A stretch of DNA of 64,000 nt from Gemmatimonadaceae bacterium (GTDB taxonomy: Bacteria > Gemmatimonadota > Gemmatimonadetes > Gemmatimonadales > Gemmatimonadaceae): assembly GCA_051859245.1 (NCBI GenBank), contig JBHYGA010000001.1, forward strand, positions 32,001 to 96,000, given 5' to 3'. A program made the translations under genes and the position numbers. The notes beneath the pieces are model-generated. The model saw nothing but the letters and a program-made list of their open reading frames with translations. It ran no database searches and had not been told where the DNA came from. Positions 29,720-37,884 of the stretch are shown piece after piece (position 1 is the stretch's first letter; each line of letters begins with the position of its first letter).

Positions 29720-31768
29720 ATGCCGAATTCCGTACGTCGCCTGCCCGCCTGCGCGGGGGGTCGAGCTGCATATCTGTCTTCGATTCTGGCCGTGGCGCTG
29801 GTGCTAATGCCAACGTCGGGCCGGGCTCAGGCTGCGACCACGGAGCCGTGGCGCATCATTGAGCCAGCCCAGGCAACGCTGGTGGTCGCGCGCGACGGCC
29901 AACTCATTGGTGAGTTTGGCACGGAACGTCGATTCTCCGTGCCGCTCGCCACGCTGCCCAAGTACGTAGGGCAGGCCTTCATCGCGGTAGAAGACAAGCG
30001 CTACTACCAGCACGACGGCGTGGACCTCGTCGGCGTGGCGGCGGCGATCAAGGACGCCGCGACGAGTGGTGATTTGCGAGGCGCCAGCACGATCACGCAG
30101 CTGCTGGTGGGCAACATGCATCCCAACATTATCGATCGCAGCGATCGGTCGATCTCGCGCAAGCTGCGTGAACAGCAGGCGGCGCGCGAAATGGAGAAGC
30201 GCTACAACAAGGCGCAGATCCTTGAAGCATTCTTGAATCAGATTCCGTTCGGTCGAGGCTGGCACGGGATCGAGATGGCGGCGCTCCACTACTTCGGCAA
30301 ACGGGCGGCCGAGCTTTCACTGGCCGAGGCCGCGTCGCTGGCCGCGATGCCCAAGAGTCCGGTGCAGTACGATCCGATTCGTTATCCGGATCGTAATCGC
30401 GAACGTCGCAACCTCGTGCTCGCGCTCATGCGCGATCAGGGTTACATCACGCCCGCGCAGGCCGCGGCGGCGCAGCGCGAAGCCGTGCGAACCGCAAAGG
30501 ATTTTGGCATGGTGCGCGCGCCGTGGGTCACGGACGTTGTGCGCGTGCAAGCCGAGCGCGCCGGTGTATCGGTCTCGCGCGGTGGCTATCGCATCGTGAC
30601 CACGATCGATCCGGGGGCGCAGCGTGCGGCACAGGATGCGCTTGTGGAAGGCATTGAAGAAATGGAATCACGCCCGGGTTGGCGGCACGGGACCTGTCGC
30701 AACACGTCCAATGCGCCACGCACCTGCCTCGAAGGTGCGGTGGTGGCGCTCGACGCGTATACGGGCGATGTGCGTGCTCTTGTGGGCGGCCGGGATTATT
30801 CAGCCTCGTCGTTTAATCGTGCGGTCGACGGCAACCGTCAGCCCGGCAGTTCGTTCAAGCCATTCGTGTACGCCACGGCAATCGCGCGCGGCATGACGGC
30901 GAACGCGCACGTGGGCGATACGAGCATGAACATTGTGCTCCCCGAACGCCGCATCTATTCGCCAACCAACGCCGACGGCTTGTTTCTCGGCGATCTCACA
31001 CTGCGCGACGCGCTGGCCCGCTCGCGCAACCCGGTGGCGGTGGACCTCACGATGCAGCTGGGCATTGATAGTGTGGCCGCGACGGCGCAGCGCTCGGGAA
31101 TCCGATCCGCGATTGCTCCGTATCCGTCGAGCGCACTCGGCGCGAGCGTCGTGCAACCGCTGGATTTTGTGGCGTCCTACGCGGTGTTCACGAACGGTGG
31201 CATGGCGGTTGAGCCGCGGTTCATTGATCGGGTCGAAGACCGCGAAGGGCGTGCGGTGTACAGTGCGCGACCGTCTACGCCAACGGTGGCCATGGATCCA
31301 CGTGTGGCGTTTATTGTGCGCGACATGATGCGTGATGCGGTCGAGCGCGGTACCGGTGTCGCCGCGCGTCGTGCGTTGCAGGCCTCAGTCCCGCTGGCCG
31401 GAAAAACCGGGACGAGCAATGACAACGTGGACGTGTGGTTTGTGGGCGTCACGCCTGATCTTGTGGCCGGCGCTTGGCTGGGCTTTGACACTCCGCGCAC
31501 TATCACGCCTGGCGCGGCTGGCGGAAGCCTCGCCGCGCCGATTGTCGGGCGCATGTTGAACGCGATCGCACCCACCCGCAGCGCGTCGGCGTGGGAAGCA
31601 CCGCTCGGACTTGTGGGCGTGACGCTAGATCGCGAAACGGGGTTGGACGCCGACGAGATGACGCCACGCGATCGACGCTACACCGAGTGGTTTCTCGATG
31701 GCACGGAGCCAGGCGCGGCGCGCAGCTGGCCGTGGAGCCTGTTCCGGCTTGGCCCAATCGGGCACTAG
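29720..31768 (+). CDS. Class A penicillin-binding protein (PBP1A-like)
   Basis: GT51 motifs EDKRYYQHDG, GASTITQ, RKLRE; transpeptidase motifs SSFK, SRN, KTG. Confidence 0.92.
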   Translation: MPNSVRRLPACAGGRAAYLSSILAVALVLMPTSGRAQAATTEPWRIIEPAQATLVVARDGQLIGEFGTERRFSVPLATLPKYVGQAFIAVEDKRYYQHDGVDLVGVAAAIKDAATSGDLRGASTITQLLVGNMHPNIIDRSDRSISRKLREQQAAREMEKRYNKAQILEAFLNQIPFGRGWHGIEMAALHYFGKRAAELSLAEAASLAAMPKSPVQYDPIRYPDRNRERRNLVLALMRDQGYITPAQAAAAQREAVRTAKDFGMVRAPWVTDVVRVQAERAGVSVSRGGYRIVTTIDPGAQRAAQDALVEGIEEMESRPGWRHGTCRNTSNAPRTCLEGAVVALDAYTGDVRALVGGRDYSASSFNRAVDGNRQPGSSFKPFVYATAIARGMTANAHVGDTSMNIVLPERRIYSPTNADGLFLGDLTLRDALARSRNPVAVDLTMQLGIDSVAATAQRSGIRSAIAPYPSSALGASVVQPLDFVASYAVFTNGGMAVEPRFIDRVEDREGRAVYSARPSTPTVAMDPRVAFIVRDMMRDAVERGTGVAARRALQASVPLAGKTGTSNDNVDVWFVGVTPDLVAGAWLGFDTPRTITPGAAGGSLAAPIVGRMLNAIAPTRSASAWEAPLGLVGVTLDRETGLDADEMTPRDRRYTEWFLDGTEPGAARSWPWSLFRLGPIGH

Positions 31769-31780
31769 GTGTGGAGCGCG

Positions 31781-31809
31781 GATCCGCGAGCATGAGAGGC
31801 TCGCGGATC
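31781..31809. terminator. Hairpin between convergent genes
   Basis: 11-bp IR GATCCGCGAGC/GCTCGCGGATC with no U tract. Confidence 0.45.
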
Positions 31810-31819
31810 ACGCGGGAAC

Positions 31820-32092
31820 TCACATTTCGATCGGACGCCTCGGACGGAACTCATCGTCTGAGAGTTCAACGCGTTTGATGTCCACTAACGGAATGGTGCG
31901 AAACTCGTTGCGAAAGAGCGAGAACACGACCACGCCGCCGTTCTGGATGGCGTACGGTTCGTAGCTGCGTTCGTATTCCGTTTCGCCGTTCTCAGAGTCG
32001 AAGCGAATGCGGGCCCGCACCTTTCGGTGCTGCCGTCCAGCTTCGCGCAACGTGGACTCCACTGTCGAAATGGGAATGGACAGATCGGTCAT
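31820..32092 (-). CDS. Small stand-alone WYL-like domain protein
   Basis: GGAGG RBS; pattern IRF..E.GE...RSYEPYAI...FSLFRNEFRTIPL.DI.RVE..D.EF.P resembles a WYL (SH3-like) domain. Confidence 0.6.
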   Translation of the reverse strand: MTDLSIPISTVESTLREAGRQHRKVRARIRFDSENGETEYERSYEPYAIQNGGVVVFSLFRNEFRTIPLVDIKRVELSDDEFRPRRPIEM

Positions 32093-32353
32093 CGAAACCT
32101 CCAGCGAAGGGAATCTTGGATCGGTACGCGTTCCCGCGTTCCAGCGGTGAGCGTGAGTCAGCTCACCATGACGCATTCTCGCACGGGCGCCTGCCCGAAG
32201 CAAGCCGCAGCAGAAATGTGACCCGATCGTTGCGGTGCGGAGCGGATGCGATACTCAGTGAACACTGTGTGAACGGAACTGTTCCGCAACCCTTGTCTGA
32301 TCGCGCACGGGTGAGGAAGTTTGGCCGACCATTTGCCAAACGGAGATCTCGCC

Positions 32354-33970
32354 GTGTCCCGAACACCACTGTTTTCGCTCATCCGTCGTTCGCTGCAACT
32401 CGCGCGACACGCAGCACTTACCAACACGCCCGCCGCCGATGTGCACGACGAGTGGCGGGAGCGGTCCGCTCTGACGCGACGGCACTTCGTTGCGGGATCA
32501 TCGGCCGCCGTCGCGCTGTTCGCAGCCGGCGCGTGTGCGCCGCCGAGCCGCGCTGGAGGATCGGCCGGCGTGCGGGCGGCGCCATCGCGCGTGAATGATG
32601 GAGAGCCGGTGGTGATCGTAGGCGCCGGCATTGCGGGGCTCACGTGTGCGTACCGGTTGCGACAGGCGGGCATTGCCGTACGAGTAATCGAAGCACAGTC
32701 GCGTACGGGCGGACGCATGTTCTCGCTGCGCAATCATTTCGCTGACGGACAGGTGTGCGAGCTCGGCGGTGAACTCATCGATACGGGACACACCCACATT
32801 CGGTCGTTGGCGCAGGAACTGAACATTCCGCTCAACGATCTCGCAACGGACGATCCCGCGCTCGACGAAACCGTCTGGCATGTGGACGGTGCGAAGCGCA
32901 GCGAAGAAGATGTGATCGAGGCGTTTCTTCCGCTCGCCAAACGGATTCTTGCCACACTCGAGCCATTTGGCGACGAGTTTGATCCCACGGCGCTCGCGCC
33001 CCAAGGTGCCGAGTCGCTCGATCGCCTGACGCTGGCGGAATGGTTTGACCGCGAAGGTGTGTCTGGATGGCTGCGCAAGCTGCTCGACGTTGCGTACACC
33101 ACGGAGTACGGTCTCGAACCGCATCGACAGTCGGCGCTCAACTTTCTGTTGATGATCGATCCCGACGCGCCGCCGTTCCGCGTGTTCGGCGAGAGTGATG
33201 AGCGTTTTCACGTGCAGGGTGGCAATGATCGCATTGTCAGTACGCTGGCTGAACGCGTCGCCGATCAGATCGAAACGAACACCGTGCTGGAAGCGGTAAC
33301 ACGGCGTGCAGACGGGCGGCACACACTCACCTTTCGGCGTGACAGCGGTGTGCGCACCGTGATTGCACGACACGTGGTGCTCGCCATGCCCTTCACCGTG
33401 TTGCGTGATGTGCAGCTCGATGTGCCCATGTCGCCCGCCAAACGTCGCGCGATTGCCGAGCTGGGCTACGGTACGAACGCCAAGTTGATGATTGGGTTCT
33501 CATCGCGACCGTGGCGCGAACAGCACGGATCCAATGGCAGTGTGGTCACGGATCTGCCGTTTCAGCTCGTGTGGGAAACAAGTCGACTGCAACCGGGCCG
33601 CGCGGGGATTCTTACAAACTTCAGTGGTGGCGAACACGGAGTCGCGGTGGCTCAGGGCAGCGCCACGGAACAGGCCAACGCACTGGTGCGCGACCTGGAG
33701 AAGATCTTTCCCGGCGTGCAAGCGGCGCGCGAGGGCATGACCGAGGCGCGGTTTCACTGGCCCACCAATCGATGGGTACGTGGGAGCTACGCGAGCTTTC
33801 TCGCGGGACAGTGGACGACGGTGCGCGGGCTTGAGGCGCAGTCAGTGGACACACTGCACTTCGCGGGCGAACACTGTTCGCTCGACGCGCAGGGCTACAT
33901 GGAGGGTGGGTGCGAAACCGGGGAGCAAGCCGCCACGCGAATTGTCGAAGCGCTCGTGGGCGCTCAATGA
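32354..33970 (+). CDS. Flavin monoamine oxidase family protein
   Basis: VGAGIAGL (FAD), EAQSRTGGR, ELGGELID, LHFAGEH, GYMEGG; Tat-like TRRHFV. Confidence 0.88.
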   Translation: MSRTPLFSLIRRSLQLARHAALTNTPAADVHDEWRERSALTRRHFVAGSSAAVALFAAGACAPPSRAGGSAGVRAAPSRVNDGEPVVIVGAGIAGLTCAYRLRQAGIAVRVIEAQSRTGGRMFSLRNHFADGQVCELGGELIDTGHTHIRSLAQELNIPLNDLATDDPALDETVWHVDGAKRSEEDVIEAFLPLAKRILATLEPFGDEFDPTALAPQGAESLDRLTLAEWFDREGVSGWLRKLLDVAYTTEYGLEPHRQSALNFLLMIDPDAPPFRVFGESDERFHVQGGNDRIVSTLAERVADQIETNTVLEAVTRRADGRHTLTFRRDSGVRTVIARHVVLAMPFTVLRDVQLDVPMSPAKRRAIAELGYGTNAKLMIGFSSRPWREQHGSNGSVVTDLPFQLVWETSRLQPGRAGILTNFSGGEHGVAVAQGSATEQANALVRDLEKIFPGVQAAREGMTEARFHWPTNRWVRGSYASFLAGQWTTVRGLEAQSVDTLHFAGEHCSLDAQGYMEGGCETGEQAATRIVEALVGAQ

Positions 33971-33986
33971 ACGTGGCGGACGTTCG

Positions 33987-36578
33987 TCATTCGCTTGCCA
34001 CGGGCGCGAGCACTGCGGTGAGTTGCTCGATCGTCACGGGCTTCGCGAAGTGGTGATGAAAGCCGGCCTCCCGTGCGCGTCGTTGATCGTTTGAGGTCGC
34101 ATATCCCGTGAGCGCGACGAGTCGAGTCGTCGCGAACGCCGGATCCTTCGAAACCTGCGCGGCAACTTCGTAGCCGCTCGCGTCTGGCAGTCCGATATCG
34201 CAGATCAAGACATCAGGTTGGAGCGTTCGCATCATCTCCAGCCCGGACGCCGCGGTATGTGCGACAACCACATCGTGTCCGGCCACTTCGAGGGCGTAGC
34301 GCAACGTCTCCGCGGCGTCGACGTTGTCTTCAATGATCTGGACGCGACTTGCGCGCGCCAGAGCGCTCGGTGACAACGAGGCACTCGCATCGTCACGGGC
34401 CTGCGCCGCCGTATCGCCAGCCACTTCGAGCGGCAGGGTCACAACGAATGTTGAACCGTGACCCATACCTGCGCTGCGCGCGTCCACGGTACCGCCGTGC
34501 ATCTCAACAATCGAGCGTACGAGTGACAATCCGAGACCGAGTCCACCGTCACGGCTTGCTGGACGGAACGCCTGTACGAATGGTCGGAAGAGCCTCGGGA
34601 GCACGTCCGGTGCAATGCCCTCGCCGTGGTCGACGATTCGTACCGAGGCGCGAGCGGGTGCGTCATGCAGACTCACCGTCAGCAGCACTTCTCCGCCGTC
34701 AGGACTCGCTTTCACCGCATTGTCGATCAAGTTGCAGAGCACTTGCGAAATACGATTGCAGTCTGCATCGAGGCAGACCGGCGTTTCGGGCGCGACGAGG
34801 GTGAGGATCACGTTGGCGCGCGCGGCGGATATGCGTTGGTCTTCCACGCAGTCGCGTACAACTTGCGAGAGGTCGATGCGCGCCAAACGAAGTTTGAATT
34901 TGTTTTGCTTGATGCGCGTGATGTCGAGCAAATCGTCGGTCAGACGCTGCAGCTGACGCATCTGTCGCTGCATGATATCGAGTGCCCGCGCGGACGAAAA
35001 AGTGCCATGGCCGTTCTCCGACTCGCGCAACACGAACAGACTATTGGAGATGGTGGCCAGCGGATTCCGCAGTTCGTGCGCGAGTAAACCGATAAAGTCG
35101 TCTTTACGCTTGTCGACCTCTGAAAGTGCCTCTCCCTGCGATCGCAGCGTCTCGGCCTGCAGCTGCAGGTCTTCGTTTTGCGCGCGGATTTCTTCGCTCT
35201 GTGCCTGCAGTTCTTCGTTCTGCGCCTGGATTTCTTCTCCCTGCGATTGCAGTTCTTCATTCTGGACTTGCAGTTCTTCGCGCTGCGCCTGAATCAGCTC
35301 GTTCGCAGCGGTCGCGTCTTCGAGCAGTCGCTGGTTCTGTTCAAACGCGCGCACATTGTCGAACCCGACCGCCAGTTGTTGCGCAGCCCCCTCCACGAAC
35401 TGCACCGCATCCTCATCCAGCTCGCGCAACGATGCGAGGACAATCACACCGAGCACTTCATGGCGATACAGCAGGGGGACAGAGACGACGCTGCGTGCCG
35501 GTGCACGATCAAATCCAATACGCACCTGAAAGGCGCTGTCATCGGGAATGCCGCGAATCCTTATGGTCTTGCGCTCACGGGCGCTGTCGTTGGGAACGCC
35601 CTGCGCCTCGGGCAACTCCGGCGGCTCCACGCCGAGTCCACGCGATGCAACGGGGGTGAGCGTGGTTCCCGCGGTGCAGGCGTACACCACGCCGAGCTCC
35701 GCCTGCACGTGCTCGCCGATCGCCTCAAGTGCGCATTTCGCGATCAGTGCCGTTGACAGGCCGGCGGCGGCCGCGCTCGCCACCGCGCGACCGGCTTCCA
35801 GCCGACGCTCGCGCAGCTCAATGGCGGCGGCTGCGCTGCCAAAGGCGGCGCGAAGCTGCATCAGCTCATTGCGTGATCGTGCATCCGTGGGATCCACCGA
35901 CATACTGAGCGCGGCCCGCCAGTCAGAGGCGGACATGGCGCGCGCTGCGCGCAGGAGGTCGCGAGCCGGCCGGCGAACGGAGATCGCAATCAGACTGGCG
36001 ATCACGACAAATGCCAACAGGCTCACCACCGAAGCCGCCGTTACGGCGCTGCGCACGGCTTGCTGTGCCGATGCCATCGCGTTCATCGATTGGCCGACGG
36101 CCGTGCGATGATCCCCGATGAACCGATCAAGATCGTCCGTGAATGCCAGACGCCGGTCGCGAAGCGCATTCTGCGCGTCATCACCCATGCGCGCCCCGAC
36201 CGTTTCCTGGGCGGCGATCAGATACGTGTCGATCCGCTGCGCAATAGACACGAACGTGCCGTCGTTTGCTGTCAGCTGTCGCAGTCGTGCCAACTGTTCG
36301 CGTGCAGCCTGCAGATCACTGCCAAACGTCAGTCTGTTTTCTTCCGTCGGTGCGATCTGCACAGCACGTGCCGCGACCGCGACTGCGAGTACGCGTCCGC
36401 GCAAGTTGAGCGCCGCTTCAAGGCGTGGCGCGTGCCGCGTGGTGAACTGTTGCTCGGCCCGCTCGCTGCGCTGGTTGACATGCCGCACCATCAACAACGC
36501 CGCGATATTGATGCCCAGCAGCAGCACGAATCCGACACCGAGTCGTTGCGCGATGCTCAGGTTTGCCCCTCCGCTCAT
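33987..36578 (-). CDS. Membrane hybrid histidine kinase (periplasmic sensor, GAF, HisKA, HATPase, receiver)
   Basis: Two TM helices; GAF (SVPLL..EVLGVI); LAHELRNPL, NLIDNAVK, DHGEG, GLGLGL; receiver IEDN..., CDIGLP, KP. Confidence 0.92.
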   Translation of the reverse strand: MSGGANLSIAQRLGVGFVLLLGINIAALLMVRHVNQRSERAEQQFTTRHAPRLEAALNLRGRVLAVAVAARAVQIAPTEENRLTFGSDLQAAREQLARLRQLTANDGTFVSIAQRIDTYLIAAQETVGARMGDDAQNALRDRRLAFTDDLDRFIGDHRTAVGQSMNAMASAQQAVRSAVTAASVVSLLAFVVIASLIAISVRRPARDLLRAARAMSASDWRAALSMSVDPTDARSRNELMQLRAAFGSAAAAIELRERRLEAGRAVASAAAAGLSTALIAKCALEAIGEHVQAELGVVYACTAGTTLTPVASRGLGVEPPELPEAQGVPNDSARERKTIRIRGIPDDSAFQVRIGFDRAPARSVVSVPLLYRHEVLGVIVLASLRELDEDAVQFVEGAAQQLAVGFDNVRAFEQNQRLLEDATAANELIQAQREELQVQNEELQSQGEEIQAQNEELQAQSEEIRAQNEDLQLQAETLRSQGEALSEVDKRKDDFIGLLAHELRNPLATISNSLFVLRESENGHGTFSSARALDIMQRQMRQLQRLTDDLLDITRIKQNKFKLRLARIDLSQVVRDCVEDQRISAARANVILTLVAPETPVCLDADCNRISQVLCNLIDNAVKASPDGGEVLLTVSLHDAPARASVRIVDHGEGIAPDVLPRLFRPFVQAFRPASRDGGLGLGLSLVRSIVEMHGGTVDARSAGMGHGSTFVVTLPLEVAGDTAAQARDDASASLSPSALARASRVQIIEDNVDAAETLRYALEVAGHDVVVAHTAASGLEMMRTLQPDVLICDIGLPDASGYEVAAQVSKDPAFATTRLVALTGYATSNDQRRAREAGFHHHFAKPVTIEQLTAVLAPVASE

Positions 36579-37450
36579 GCGGCACACTCCGAGGCGCGTT
36601 GGTGAAACACCCGGCTCCGCGGCGACGAGGAGAAGAGGCCGCTGGCCGCGGGACCGCAAGGCCATTCCGCCTCGCCCACGCACAGGAATCCGGCTGGTGC
36701 AAGCGCTCGTTGCAAACGAAGAAACGTTCGCTCCTGAGCCGCGCGCTGAAAGTAGATCATCACGTTCCGGCAGCAAATCAGATCGAACGCGCCCTCACCG
36801 GGAGCGGGATGCGCTGAGAGCAGGTCGTGCGTCGCAAAGCGAACCAGACCCTGCAACTCGGCGTTCACGAGGACGCTGCTCTCGCCCAGGCGGTGCGTGA
36901 GATAGCGGCCAGCCAGCGCCGGAGGCAGCGCCCGAGTTGCGTCGATGCTGTACTGTGCCCGACGCGCAAATGTCAGTGCGGTAGCGTCAATGTCAGTCGC
37001 CTCGATGATCCCGTCGATGCGCTGTGCGTGCAGCAGCATCGCAAGCGTCCACGCTTCTTCCCCGCGCCCACAGCCGGCACTCCATATCCGGAGCGGGCGA
37101 AATCGCGCCGCCTCGGACAACGCCGGAAGAATGCGCGTCTGCAGCAAAGTGAACACGTCAGGATTTCGATAGAACTCGCTCACCTTGATTGAAATGCGCT
37201 GCAGCAACGAGTGCGCTTCGTCAGGCGCGCGCGCGATCCGCTGCGCATACAAATCAACGCTTGGCGACGCAATCGACAGCATGCGGTTGCGAATGCGACG
37301 TTCAACCGTGGACCGGCGGTACTCGCGAACGTCAACTCCGGTGTGATGGCGCAGCGCGTCAATGATGGCGTCGATCTGCGCATCATCTCCGTCCGATCCC
37401 AGGCGGCCCGCTTCGGACTGCGGAGGACATACATCGTCGTCGATCATCAC
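36575..37450 (-). CDS. cheR: CheR-type protein-glutamate O-methyltransferase
   Basis: SEFYRN, IWSAGCGRGEEAWT, ATDID, HDLL, DLICCRNVMIYF; ATGA overlap with the kinase. Confidence 0.9.
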   Translation of the reverse strand: MMIDDDVCPPQSEAGRLGSDGDDAQIDAIIDALRHHTGVDVREYRRSTVERRIRNRMLSIASPSVDLYAQRIARAPDEAHSLLQRISIKVSEFYRNPDVFTLLQTRILPALSEAARFRPLRIWSAGCGRGEEAWTLAMLLHAQRIDGIIEATDIDATALTFARRAQYSIDATRALPPALAGRYLTHRLGESSVLVNAELQGLVRFATHDLLSAHPAPGEGAFDLICCRNVMIYFQRAAQERTFLRLQRALAPAGFLCVGEAEWPCGPAASGLFSSSPRSRVFHQRASECAA

Positions 37451-37643
37451 TTGGCTATTGGCGGCGAGGCGCTTTCGTGCGATGGCACGGCGCAGTCTGC
37501 GACGGTTTGCGTAGCCATGGCGTCAACCCGAAAATAGTCAGTTCTGAGACTGTGCCTATTGCACTTAAGGGCTAGACACAACTGTCGTGTTCGGCACCGA
37601 AGCCGCTCGGCACCGCAGGCGCTCGGTACGGCGGGTGCTCGCC

Positions 37644-37884
37644 GTTGCAGTTCCTGATTCGGTCATTCGGCCCACGTGCAGGAGCCCACGGCCATTTGGC
37701 CTTTCGGCCTCACCGTTTCGAAGCGTCGCACCCAGAGAAAATGCAACCCGGAGCTCAGCGCTATTGGCGCAGATCCTCCGGGCTGTTTTGTATCAGTGTG
37801 CGAACTTTCGAAACGGTGAGGCCGAAAGGCCAAATGGCCGTGGGCTCCGTCTACTGGGCCGAATGACCGAATCAGAACTGCAAC
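37644..37884. repeat. Long palindromic repeat element, copy 1
   Basis: ~80-bp terminal inverted arms (GTTGCAGTTCCTGATTCGGTCATTCGG... / ...CCGAATGACCGAATCAGAACTGCAAC); interior also partly self-complementary; second copy at 45022. Confidence 0.9.

Noticed and set aside
37483..37500. TGGCACG as a sigma54 promoter near cheR
   Set aside because: No GC at the required GG-N10-GC spacing, and it points away from cheR.
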